In this document: positions 34,409 to 43,685 of the stretch, piece after piece
Numbering within the stretch: position 1 is the stretch's first letter
How the letters are laid out: each line of letters starts with the position of its first letter
NCBI GenBank assembly: GCA_965224435.1
Contig: OZ245048.1
Span: 1,724,511-1,788,510 of the forward strand
Direction: 5' to 3'
Origin: Acidimicrobiales bacterium
GTDB taxonomy: Bacteria; Actinomycetota; Acidimicrobiia; Acidimicrobiales; SZUA-35
DNA: 64,000 nucleotides
The notes under the pieces: generated by a model
What the model was told of the DNA's origin: nothing
Databases searched by the model: none
Seen by the model: only the letters and a program-made list of their open reading frames with translations
Position numbers and translations under genes: made by a program

Positions 34409-35872
34409 TTAGGACTCTTTCGTCCGAGACGAGAATGCCTCTTGAGCCTGTCTGAGTCTGCGAGCAAGGGTTTGTGCGCCCGATCTGATGTGTTGAGCGT
34501 TAGGACGCACAGAGAGCCCACGAACTCGTTGAGCAGCAATTCCTAAGGCGAGGTTCATGCCAATAATGCTGACAGCAACGGCAATTGCCGTGCCAGGCAA
34601 GCCGAGATAGTGGGTCAAGACGATTGAGGCGACGACTTGAAAGAGCGTCGATGCTGCTTGAAGCCAGGCAAAAACTCCGGCCTTCCCAGTCATGAGCAGG
34701 ACCGAACCGCTCGGGCCAGTAGCAGCGCTGGCGATGGCTCCGAGCAGGAGGATGCCAAGCGGTAGCCAGGCGGCAAGATACTCAGTGCCCATGAACCAAA
34801 GCAAGACGGGGCTGCCAATCAGGGCAGCAATGGACAAGATGATGGTTGGCAAGAGGGCTAAGGAAATGCTCTCGTCAATAACGTCTTGAATCTTCTGGTC
34901 TTCGGATGACGAGTGGTGCTTGGAAAGTAGGGGAGCCGCCGACCCCTCGACTGCCATATTGAGGTTCTGCACCAGGGAGACGACGCGGAAGGCCATGGAC
35001 ACGACCGCAGCTGCTGCGTGGCCTTTGATGTGGTCGACGATGAGTATCGGCGAACCAACAGATATGACCAGTGCCGCTTGGGTGACGAATAGCGGCAGGG
35101 TCAGGCCTTCTTCGCTGACGCCCGCTGCCCCTGTCGTGTCGGCTGACTGTGCTGTCGTGTCGGCTGACTGTGACTGTGTTGTCGTGTCGGCTGACTGTGT
35201 TGTCGTGTCGGCTGACTGTGTTGTCGTGTCGGCTGACTGTGCCGCTTGCTTGGTGGCCACACCGTAAAGCGCCATCAAGCCGAGCAGCGAGCTCAGGATG
35301 ATCATGAGCAATCCTGAGCCAGGGCTGTCCTGTCCCAAGAGGGGCAGCGCTGCTACCAAGACGAGGAGGATCACTGGCTGGATCAGGTCAGCGATCAGGG
35401 TGGCAGTGGCCAGGCTCCCTCGCGCCTGGAGGGCAGCCTTCTCGATGCCTATTGCGCCGAGGATGGGAGCGAGCACAAAGCCAAAGATCAGGAGCCGATC
35501 GGGCTCACCGAAGGCACGAAGCAACGCATAGGTGCCCAGACCAAGAATTGAACCCCGAATGATCGTTCCAACGCGGTAGCGCCGCAGGAGCGTCCGTGCT
35601 TCTGACGCCCGGCCGGTGTGATCCATAGCTGGTAGGAGGCGGTTGAGAATGCCGCGACCGCCCAGATCGGAGACCGCGGCGATGCTCTCACCCCAAGTTC
35701 GGGCGACAACGAGGCGCCCGAACCCAGCGGTACCGAAGACCAGGTTGAAGACAAGCGCCGACCCGAAACGTACAAGACTTCCCACGATGGTGAGGACGAA
35801 GGTTCCACTGGCGTTGGTCTCATGTGATGAGACAGGGGCCTTGTCGGCGTGATCGTCCAAGTGGTCGTCCAT
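34409..35872 (-). CDS. MOP-superfamily polysaccharide flippase-like membrane protein with an internal repeat insertion
   Basis: A polytopic 487-aa protein resembling polysaccharide biosynthesis/flippase proteins. It contains a hydrophilic block 'QSADTTTQSADTTTQSADTTTQSQSADTTAQSADTT'. Confidence 0.65.
   Translation of the reverse strand: MDDHLDDHADKAPVSSHETNASGTFVLTIVGSLVRFGSALVFNLVFGTAGFGRLVVARTWGESIAAVSDLGGRGILNRLLPAMDHTGRASEARTLLRRYRVGTIIRGSILGLGTYALLRAFGEPDRLLIFGFVLAPILGAIGIEKAALQARGSLATATLIADLIQPVILLVLVAALPLLGQDSPGSGLLMIILSSLLGLMALYGVATKQAAQSADTTTQSADTTTQSADTTTQSQSADTTAQSADTTGAAGVSEEGLTLPLFVTQAALVISVGSPILIVDHIKGHAAAAVVSMAFRVVSLVQNLNMAVEGSAAPLLSKHHSSSEDQKIQDVIDESISLALLPTIILSIAALIGSPVLLWFMGTEYLAAWLPLGILLLGAIASAATGPSGSVLLMTGKAGVFAWLQAASTLFQVVASIVLTHYLGLPGTAIAVAVSIIGMNLALGIAAQRVRGLSVRPNAQHIRSGAQTLARRLRQAQEAFSSRTKES
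35131..35241 (-). repeat. 21-bp in-frame tandem repeat, 5 copies with one 6-nt insertion
   Basis: On the plus strand the unit is '(c/t)tgtcgtgtcggctgactgtg'. Copies lie at 35131, 35152, 35179, 35200 and 35221, with an extra 'actgtg' at 35173-35178. Confidence 0.95.
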
Positions 35873-35992
35873 TTCGAGTCGGCAAATAGTAGCGCGTCAA
35901 GGCGATCTTCCCTGGGCTCCTGACAGGAGCTGGGCACAGATGGCCCGTAACGGGCTTGCATGCCGAACATGGAGCGGTAGCCTCAGCACACC

Positions 35993-37006
35993 GTGGCCAG
36001 CAGTAGCGATAGTGAGAATGAGCTTCGGGAGGACTATCCGTGGCGATCTGAGCGACTCATTCAGTTGCTGGGAACAGCTGACCACGAGTCCTTTGACGTC
36101 ACAATCTGTATCGCCACGTTTCATCGGGAAGAGCAGCTCCTCGTCCTGCTGGAGTCGATTCTGGCCCAGCGCTACCGGGCAATTAGTGAGCCAACAATCT
36201 GCTTTTCAATCGCCGACAACAGTCCAACGCTTACTTCGGCTTCCACAATCCATGAGTTCTGCCGCCTAAACCCTTCGCTGGCACTTGTTTTGGACCAGGC
36301 GACTCCACAAGGAGTCGTCCATGCTCGCAATGTCAGCGTAAGAAATGCTCCGCCTAGCGACTTCGTCATCTTTGTCGATGACGACGAATACGCCGATACT
36401 CAATGGCTGGAGAGCCTGCTGAGTACCCAGAGAGCAACTGGAGCGACAGGTGTGGTCGGTCCCCTTCGTGAAGTTCTGCCAGCTGGTGTGCCCGCCTGGT
36501 ATCACGATGGTGGGTTGGATAGGCCGGACAGCTATCCCGACCAAGAGCGCATATACCGCGGCTACACCAGCAATATGATGCTGCGGGCATCGGCTGTTGA
36601 AGATCCAGAGGGACCGTTTGACGAACGTTTCAATGTCACCGGTGGAGAGGACACGCATTTGTGCATCGGCTTACTGGCCGATGGTGCATACTTTGTCTGG
36701 GCCGCTGATGCCGTGGTCTCTACCGAGGTTCCCTTGGAACGGACCGAGCTTTCGTTCGTTTTGCGACGAGAGTTTGTGGGGGCAGCAAACTTCACCCGCT
36801 CGGAACGTCTTGTGCACGGAGTCAAGGTGATTCCGAAACGTGTTCTGACTGGTTCGGCGCGTGGCGCCATGGGGCTCGTTGTTGCTGCTGGAGCCATGGC
36901 TCTTGGGCGTAAGGGGAGTGCAGCCCAGGCCATTGCTCATTCGGCCAAGGGGCTTGGAGTGCTGGCCGGCGCAGTTGGATTCCGGCGTATACCAAGCTGG
37001 TGGTAG
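35993..37006 (+). CDS. GT2-family glycosyltransferase
   Basis: Contains 'FDVTICIATFHREEQLLVLLESILAQ' and a DXD motif in 'VIFVDDDEYAD'. It uses a GTG start. Confidence 0.8.
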   Translation: MASSSDSENELREDYPWRSERLIQLLGTADHESFDVTICIATFHREEQLLVLLESILAQRYRAISEPTICFSIADNSPTLTSASTIHEFCRLNPSLALVLDQATPQGVVHARNVSVRNAPPSDFVIFVDDDEYADTQWLESLLSTQRATGATGVVGPLREVLPAGVPAWYHDGGLDRPDSYPDQERIYRGYTSNMMLRASAVEDPEGPFDERFNVTGGEDTHLCIGLLADGAYFVWAADAVVSTEVPLERTELSFVLRREFVGAANFTRSERLVHGVKVIPKRVLTGSARGAMGLVVAAGAMALGRKGSAAQAIAHSAKGLGVLAGAVGFRRIPSWW

Positions 37007-37076
37007 CGAAGCTGGTGTTAGAGCCCAGTAATAGAGGCCCGTGGACCCGTGTTCTGAGGACTGCGTTCAGCCGCTC

Positions 37077-38969
37077 CTAGTTTCTGAGGCGAGTCACCCC
37101 GACCACACCGGCCGCACCAAGACAGAGGGCGCCTAGAGCGAGGAAGACGCCGATTCTTGACGATCCGTCGGACTCAGTATCGGGACTGCCATAGGCCAAT
37201 GAGTCGGGTTCGCCTGACGAGCCTTGCAGTTCCTCAGATTGCAAGCCCTCAGATCCAGGGTCATGTTGGTCTGATTCCTTCTCCGAAGCGGTCCCAGATT
37301 GATCGTCGAGGTTTCCGTCTGTGGCCTCGTTTGGGTCGGCGTCGCGGATCTGGCCCCGAGCAATTGTCGTTGTTGATGTTGAAGTGGTCGAATCGTCTTG
37401 GTCAATCGTGGTGCTGGATCGATCAGCCGCTGAGGTTGCAACCTGGCTCGTTGCGCCCCGGCCAGTGGTCGTTGTTGACGAGCTGGGTTTCGATTGTGGT
37501 TTCGATGTGGTTGCGGTCGTTCGAGTTGTCGGTGCGGTATCGGCACTCGGTTGGTTCGCGGACTCAATTGCCCCTGGCTCAGCCGTATCGCCGCCGCGTG
37601 AGCGATTGTAGAAGTCGGTCCCGATCGGGAGATCCAACTCGAGGGCGGAGCCGAAGAGGCCAGATTCTGTGCTCAGGGCGAAGTTGGCCTGGCGGGGATC
37701 GGTATTTGGGCTCACAAAGACTGGGCCGTCGGCGAGTACCTGATCAGATTCATCCACGATGCTGCTTGGGGCACCACCGACTAGAACATTGCCTGCTGAT
37801 TCGATGGAATTGGCTTCGCCAACCAGGATGGGGAGCTTGCCCGGCAAGGCCACAGCAATATTGTTCAGGAATCGAACGTCAGAAGCTCGGTACGCAGTGA
37901 GTTCGCTTCCGCCGGGCCACAACGCAGCGGTGAAGCCGTTGCGATAGGTCGTATTGTGAATGACGTCGACATGGTCGGTGTCGAATACGTGGATGCCTCG
38001 ACCTCCATTGCCGGCAGAAATGTTGTTCATGACCAGGAAGCGCCCCTGGTAGCCGGTTTGGCGGCCCGAGTCGATGATGATGCCGTTGCCGTCGGTGATC
38101 TGACCTTGAGCATTTCCGTTGGCGGCCACCTTGTTTTCATTGGCGAAGACGACGTTTCCGTAGATTCGGTCGGTGTATCCGTCCTGGTCAAAAGACTGGC
38201 CGCGATTCTGAGGCAGCCAGACGGAGATACCGCTGCCCTGGTGGGGGTGCCAGTATCCGTTCTGGTAGACAGTGTTGTTGGAGATCTGGATGCCAGCGGA
38301 ACGGTTGGCAGCGATACCTCCAAGAGGGAAGCCATGAACCGTGTTGTTGGAGACAATGAGGTTGACGCCATCGGCCAGTTCGATGCCCATGCCGAAGTTG
38401 TTGCTGCTGCTATATCCCTGGCCGGCGATCTCCAGACCACTGACTTCGATAAAGGAACCAGCGATTTCCAATCCTGAGCCATGGGTTCCCACTAAGACTG
38501 GATGGTGGCCAGCCATTGCCTTGACCCGGATCCAAGCATTGGCTGTCCCTGACTGACTGAGGCGAAAGTGGCCGCCTCGACCGGGGCTAAGCGGTTGCTC
38601 ATAGCGACCGTCCATCACATAGAGGGTTTGGCCAGCAGACAATCGATGCAGGGCTGGATCCAGGCTGAGCCACGCTGTCTCTGGCGCTTGGCCATCCCCG
38701 GAGTCGTCCCCGGTAGCGCTGACAAAGAAGGTGGACGGGTCAGTTTCAGACAGCAAGGCTGGTTGCACACCGGCGGTCGACGGAGAGGTCTCTTCGAGTG
38801 TCGGCCCCAGGATCAGCTCCTCACCAGCCTGGGCTGGCTCACCATCTTGTGAAGGCGACTCTGAGGGCCGGATGGCTGCACGGCTGGCAAGGAATCCAAG
38901 AGCGATGACGACTAGGGCGAGCGGAAGGATAGCTCGGCCACTTCGGTCTGATCGGAGAAACTGGGGCAT
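37077..38969 (-). CDS. right-handed parallel beta-helix repeat exoprotein with Thr/Ser-rich linker and C-terminal TM anchor
   Basis: Has an N-terminal signal/TM 'ILPLALVVIALGFLA' and repeated 'xNNxVxG/N' rungs (SNNTVHG, SNNTVYQN, MNNISAGNGGRGIHV, IHNTTYRN). These are followed by a linker 'TTRTTATTSKPQSKPSSSTTTTGRG...STTSTSTTT' and the terminal 'IGVFLALGALCLGAAGVVGVTRLRN'. Confidence 0.7.
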   Translation of the reverse strand: MPQFLRSDRSGRAILPLALVVIALGFLASRAAIRPSESPSQDGEPAQAGEELILGPTLEETSPSTAGVQPALLSETDPSTFFVSATGDDSGDGQAPETAWLSLDPALHRLSAGQTLYVMDGRYEQPLSPGRGGHFRLSQSGTANAWIRVKAMAGHHPVLVGTHGSGLEIAGSFIEVSGLEIAGQGYSSSNNFGMGIELADGVNLIVSNNTVHGFPLGGIAANRSAGIQISNNTVYQNGYWHPHQGSGISVWLPQNRGQSFDQDGYTDRIYGNVVFANENKVAANGNAQGQITDGNGIIIDSGRQTGYQGRFLVMNNISAGNGGRGIHVFDTDHVDVIHNTTYRNGFTAALWPGGSELTAYRASDVRFLNNIAVALPGKLPILVGEANSIESAGNVLVGGAPSSIVDESDQVLADGPVFVSPNTDPRQANFALSTESGLFGSALELDLPIGTDFYNRSRGGDTAEPGAIESANQPSADTAPTTRTTATTSKPQSKPSSSTTTTGRGATSQVATSAADRSSTTIDQDDSTTSTSTTTIARGQIRDADPNEATDGNLDDQSGTASEKESDQHDPGSEGLQSEELQGSSGEPDSLAYGSPDTESDGSSRIGVFLALGALCLGAAGVVGVTRLRN

Positions 38970-39167
38970 TAAACTCTATCGGCCGAACGGAATTGGACTC
39001 AAGGGTATTGAAACCGATGGAACGACCGGCCTGGACCATATCAGACCCGTGGTTCTCCCCCTATGCGGATGGGCAATTCAACCCGGAGAGGCTTGATTCA
39101 GCCGATCTGCTCTCGGCACGTCCTCGTTTACAGTACGGCTGGCTGCCCGTTGAGGTAGCCTACCAGG

Positions 39168-40217
39168 GTGGTGGACCTCGGCCTAGATACTCAAACGCTC
39201 CTCAACGACATTGTCGTTGAGACGCGGGGCGAGCCGAGACTGAGCGTGCTTATGACGGTCTACAACGGCTTGCCCTATGTTCGCTCGGCAGTGGAGTCGA
39301 TCCTTAATCAGACCTTTGCCGATTTTGAGTTCGTCATTGTTGACGATGGATCCACCGACGAAACACTGGCCTACCTGCAAGCTCTTGATGATCCGAGAGT
39401 CCGAGTTATAGCTAGAGAAAACGGCGGGACAGCGGCTGCAGCTAACGAAGGTTTGAGCTATTGCACCGGTGAGTTGCTAGCCAGGATGGACGCCGATGAT
39501 GAGGCAATTCCTACCCGATTTGAACGACAGGTCGACTATTTGGACCAGAATGCCGAAATTGGGCTGGTTGGTTCCTACACCTGGGCGTTAGGTGAATGCC
39601 GAACCGGAGGGGTAACACCTCTTCCGACCGATCATGAGGAAATCGTTGATGCCTTGATGGCGGGGCGACATGCTCTTTCGCATCCGACCTTGATGATGCG
39701 GACCGATTTGTTGGAAGAAATCGGTGGCTATTGGTCCTACCGGCTAATCGATGATTGGGACATGATGCTACGGATGAGCGAGACCACGCTCCTGGCAAAC
39801 ATTCCGGAGCCCCTTCTGAGGTACCGGGTCCATCGTGGTTCGCTTAACGGTGAATCAATGGCCAAGATGCGATTCAGTATCGATTTTGCCCGAGCTCGCT
39901 CAAGGTCTCGGCGAGAAGGATCTCTGGAGCCAGAGCTCGCTGGCTTCGAACAAGGCCAAGCATCTCAAGGCTCATTGCAGCGGATTGCCTCAGGAGCGTT
40001 GTGCTATTCGCTCATGAACTACCGGATTGCCGTGGCCGAACGCAATGGCCCTCGGCCCTGGATGATGGTGCCCCACCTCATGCTCGCCGGTCTGAGCAGG
40101 CCTGACCTGGTCTTCCTTCGTGTAGTTCGTCATCTACCGCACAGCTGGCGCCGTCCAAAGCCCAGCAACTCGTCCGTAGTCAAGCAGCTTTCTTCTGTAG
40201 TCAGCCAGTTCCGCTAG
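39168..40217 (+). CDS. GT2-family glycosyltransferase
   Basis: Contains 'LSVLMTVYNGLPYVRSAVESILNQTFADFEFVIVDDGSTDET' and 'ARMDADDEAIPTRF'. Confidence 0.88.
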   Translation: MVDLGLDTQTLLNDIVVETRGEPRLSVLMTVYNGLPYVRSAVESILNQTFADFEFVIVDDGSTDETLAYLQALDDPRVRVIARENGGTAAAANEGLSYCTGELLARMDADDEAIPTRFERQVDYLDQNAEIGLVGSYTWALGECRTGGVTPLPTDHEEIVDALMAGRHALSHPTLMMRTDLLEEIGGYWSYRLIDDWDMMLRMSETTLLANIPEPLLRYRVHRGSLNGESMAKMRFSIDFARARSRSRREGSLEPELAGFEQGQASQGSLQRIASGALCYSLMNYRIAVAERNGPRPWMMVPHLMLAGLSRPDLVFLRVVRHLPHSWRRPKPSNSSVVKQLSSVVSQFR

Positions 40218-40219
40218 AG

Positions 40220-40236
40220 GTTCGGCTCGTCCGAAC
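40220..40236. terminator. hairpin between convergent genes
   Basis: 'GTTCGGctcgtCCGAAC' forms a 6-bp stem with a 5-nt loop, 3 nt after the GT2 stop. There is no U-tract. Confidence 0.25.
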
Positions 40237-40267
40237 AGTACCGATTCTGGCTAGTTGCGGTAGCTGG

Positions 40268-41923
40268 TTAGTTGCGGTAGTACGAGTGCTTGCCCCGGTT
40301 GAGCCACGAGCCAGCGTCTTGGCCATCACGGTTGAGGATCGCTCCGGCCAAGTTTCCTCCGGCTCCTGATATCTCAGCCTCAGTCCGAACGAGATCAGGA
40401 ATCTCTGTCGTCCTCGAATCAACGATCACCACAAAACCGTCAACATGTTTGGCAATGGCAAGAGGATCGGCGGCGCTGAGAACGGGCGGGCAGTCGATGA
40501 TGACGTAGTCCAGTTCGCTGCGCAGCGTCTGGATCATGAGGGCAAAGTTCTCACTTCCCAACAGTTCGGCCGGATTGTCTGGAACTGGGCCCGCAGTCAA
40601 GATCCAGAGGCCGCGTACATCCTTGATCTGAGTGGGTTCGATTTCTGCCTCACCAGCCAGGTACAGAGAAAGGCCGGTTTCACTATTGGGAACATCGAAG
40701 AGCCGTTCCAAGGAGGGACGGCGCAAATCGGCGTTCACCAGAGCCACTCGAGCACCATTTTGAGCCAACGCGACTGCGAGATTGCTGGCGACCACGGACT
40801 TGCCTTCGGACGGGAAGGCGCTGGTAGTAGCGATAACCATGGCACCCTCGTCTTCTTCAACGATGGACAAGAACTGAACAGCCGAGCGTAGGCGTCTGAA
40901 AGCCTCCCGTACCCGTTGGCTGCCAATCGACTGAGCTGTCGACCGCATGACGATTGCCCCAGGGCCGCGGCGTGACTGTAGAGGGAGGACGGGAATATGG
41001 CCAATCACTCTTGTCCGTAGAGCATTGGCGATGGTCGACTCGTCTCGGGCAGTGATATCGATGCTGTCCAGCACGATTGCGGCCACAATGCCACCCAGCA
41101 GAGCGATCGAGGTCAGTGCAACAAGAATGAGTCCGTTTGACGGGCCTTTTGGCCCGTCCGGTTCTTCTGCCAGTACCAGGACCCGCGCACTCGGCTCACG
41201 AGTTGCCATCTGTCGCTCAGCCTTGGCTAGCGCATTGCCCAGGTCTCGACTGTCGGTCAGTGCAAGTCCATATTGACTCTGGACAATGGCACGCTCCTGA
41301 GCAAGCTTGAGTGACTCCTGCCTTCGGGCGCTGACGGAAAGGTCAATGGCCACGTCAATCGCGGTTTGAAGCTCCTCCAGCCGTTCCAGCTCTATGGCCA
41401 GATCCTTGGCGGTGGCGAGCGCGGCTTCGGACTGGGTCACCAAGATGACCCGTTCAGAATCGACGAGGTTGATGGCGGTGTCTTCAGTGAACTTGACGTA
41501 AGACTCGGCGAATGCGTTGGCAATGTCGGCGGCAACAGAGGGGTCGACATCAGTTGCCTGGATAGTGAGAACCTCGCTCTCAGGAACGAACAAGACGTCC
41601 AGCTCTTCCAACAACTCGTCGACGTCTCGCTCTGGCACCTTTGTCGCGACGGCCCGAGCCACCACATCTGAACCAACAATGGCCATCTCGCGTTCAAGTA
41701 CAGGAGCGCGGGCGTTCTCATTGGTTGAGCCAACCATGGTCGGGCCGAGTACGACGCTGGCTTCGGCCTCATAGCTGGGAGTTCTTGTTCCGGTGAACCA
41801 GAGAGCAAGAGCCAGTCCGAGCAGACCCGCAAGCAGGATCAGCAGGCGATGAGCGCGGATGGAGTTGAGGTAGTCCTTGAGACCGACCGAATTGTCGTCG
41901 GTTTGGAGATCTTGATACATCAT
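40268..41923 (-). CDS. polysaccharide co-polymerase with C-terminal BY-kinase domain (tyrosine autokinase)
   Basis: Has a Wzz N-terminus 'LKDYLNSIRAHRLLILLAGLLGLAL', Walker A 'FPSEGKSVV', Walker A' 'LVNADLRRP' and Walker B 'VIIDCPPVL'. The C-terminal tail is 'KHSYYRN'. Confidence 0.88.
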   Translation of the reverse strand: MMYQDLQTDDNSVGLKDYLNSIRAHRLLILLAGLLGLALALWFTGTRTPSYEAEASVVLGPTMVGSTNENARAPVLEREMAIVGSDVVARAVATKVPERDVDELLEELDVLFVPESEVLTIQATDVDPSVAADIANAFAESYVKFTEDTAINLVDSERVILVTQSEAALATAKDLAIELERLEELQTAIDVAIDLSVSARRQESLKLAQERAIVQSQYGLALTDSRDLGNALAKAERQMATREPSARVLVLAEEPDGPKGPSNGLILVALTSIALLGGIVAAIVLDSIDITARDESTIANALRTRVIGHIPVLPLQSRRGPGAIVMRSTAQSIGSQRVREAFRRLRSAVQFLSIVEEDEGAMVIATTSAFPSEGKSVVASNLAVALAQNGARVALVNADLRRPSLERLFDVPNSETGLSLYLAGEAEIEPTQIKDVRGLWILTAGPVPDNPAELLGSENFALMIQTLRSELDYVIIDCPPVLSAADPLAIAKHVDGFVVIVDSRTTEIPDLVRTEAEISGAGGNLAGAILNRDGQDAGSWLNRGKHSYYRN

Positions 41924-43383
41924 CGAGAAATGAGTTCCGTTGGGGGTCGAAGGGCGGAGGGAGGTGGTTTGCCGACGCTCGTCATCTTTTCACCGGTTAG
42001 AAGAGTGGCAGCGCTCATGGTTGAAGCACAGACCAGGAGCCAGCCGATTCCCCTTGAGAGGATGCCCGATTCGGTCATGGAGAACATCAGCATGTAGCTG
42101 AGCATGGCGATGGGAAGTGTTGCCGGAGCCCCAGGGAAGTCACGAATCAGTCGGGTAGAGCGGACCACGGACGTGATGAAATAGACCAGCACGGCTGCGA
42201 AACCAATGATCCCGATCTGGAGCAAGTACTCGAGCCCTGCATTGTGCGCTGAAGGCGGATTCCAGTCCTCGAGAAGCCAGATCCTTCTTGCCGGGCTGAG
42301 CCAGCCATTCCAATACGCAGAGTAGCCGTGCCCAAGAAAGGGCCGCCGACTGATCTCGGGAATGAGATTGGCCCAAAGTGATGTCCGCCCGGTGAGGGTG
42401 ATGTCCTTGTCCAGCAGGTCGGTGAGGAGCGGCAATGCCGCGGTGGCGAAGAGAACGCCGACCGCAGAGGCGCTGAACATCGATAGTGCTACCGCCCCGA
42501 ACAGCTTCTCCCTGGATCGAAAGAACTGATACACGGCCATCAGAATGGTGATGAGAATTGCGCTGGCTAGGGAGGTCTTTGATTGGCTACCGAGAAGCAG
42601 GACGAATGAGCCACCGAGAGCGGGAATGGTCCAGATTCTGCTCATGGGGGAGCGTGCAGTCTGAAGAGCCAAGATGATGGCCGCCAAAGTGGAAACCATG
42701 CCAAGCTCGTTCTTGTTGAAATAGATCCCGCTCCAAAGGTCTGAGTGCTGCATGATTCCGTACTGGGGCAGGACGAAGACCCAAGCTAGATTCATCATGG
42801 TGTTTGTCGCCAGGGCGATAGCGGCCATATGGAGAATCTGGTGCCTGCTGAATCGAAGGGCTAAGTAAGCAGCGAAGAAGACGGTGATGGCTACAGACAT
42901 TGACCGGCGGCCGGTCGTGGCGATGTCTTCAGACCAGAGGGTCGACATCAGGATCCAAAGGGTCAGAATCATGAGCGGCTTGTTGGCTCGGATGACACCA
43001 AAGACCCATTGGAAGTTGGGGAGCAGGATCATGAAAGCCACGCCGGCAATGGCCATGAACACGATTGATGAAAGCGGACCGGTCAAGCTGGCGTTGACAT
43101 TGGCATCGGTGTTGAGGGCGTCCGTTGAGGTGAACCAGGTCTGGGGTAAATCGACAGCGAACAGGAGTATGGATAAGAAGGCGAACGAAGCCTCTACGAG
43201 CGAGCTGACCGGGCGACGGCGGCGATAGTGAGGAAATCGACCGTCATGGCTATCGCGGCCATCTGAATCAATCTGGATCGCTGGCGTGCCCATGGCTGGC
43301 CATTTCTCACGGGACCACTCGGAGTCAGAAAACAAGGCACCGTTTTCGCCCTCTTGTTTCCCTCGAACGGTGACCATGGACAA
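41920..43383 (-). CDS. O-antigen ligase/polymerase family (Wzy_C) membrane protein
   Basis: A polytopic protein containing 'LTGRTSLWANLIPEISRRPFLGHGYSAYWNG...SAHNAGLEYLLQIGIIG'. It has a 4-nt overlap with the downstream BY-kinase gene. Confidence 0.8.
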   Translation of the reverse strand: MSMVTVRGKQEGENGALFSDSEWSREKWPAMGTPAIQIDSDGRDSHDGRFPHYRRRRPVSSLVEASFAFLSILLFAVDLPQTWFTSTDALNTDANVNASLTGPLSSIVFMAIAGVAFMILLPNFQWVFGVIRANKPLMILTLWILMSTLWSEDIATTGRRSMSVAITVFFAAYLALRFSRHQILHMAAIALATNTMMNLAWVFVLPQYGIMQHSDLWSGIYFNKNELGMVSTLAAIILALQTARSPMSRIWTIPALGGSFVLLLGSQSKTSLASAILITILMAVYQFFRSREKLFGAVALSMFSASAVGVLFATAALPLLTDLLDKDITLTGRTSLWANLIPEISRRPFLGHGYSAYWNGWLSPARRIWLLEDWNPPSAHNAGLEYLLQIGIIGFAAVLVYFITSVVRSTRLIRDFPGAPATLPIAMLSYMLMFSMTESGILSRGIGWLLVCASTMSAATLLTGEKMTSVGKPPPSALRPPTELISR

Positions 43384-43685
43384 GAGCGTAGGACCCTTGT
43401 CCCTGCTTGCCTTTGAGAGCGGGCAATTCGACTCTATGAGTGCCTACCAGGCATATCAAGCGTTTGGTCAGACTGATGTTGCCGAGCCCGATGAGCTGGA
43501 GGGCTTGTGTGAAGAGAAGCGGGGGCGTTGTTGGTCTGAGAGCTTACGATTGCACCATCAGAGTCGATGGGTTCAGAAGGGAATACTATGAGCGACGGCA
43601 AAAACTGCCCGTTCCTGGCAGTACTACCTCAGCGTGAATGGGCAGTTGGCTCGTCCACCCGATATCGCTACCGCGGAGAACTCCT

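Noticed and set aside
35131-35241. The 21-bp repeat as a non-coding element or CRISPR-like array.
   Set aside because: It is in frame within a continuous 487-aa membrane-protein ORF and has no spacers, so I interpret it as a coding tandem repeat.
37077-37180. The C-terminal hydrophobic-plus-basic tails of the beta-helix proteins (also 56991..57100) as sortase or novel sorting signals.
   Set aside because: No LPXTG-like or other shared motif precedes the TM in either protein, and the two tails share no sequence pattern. A plain C-terminal membrane anchor is the simpler reading.
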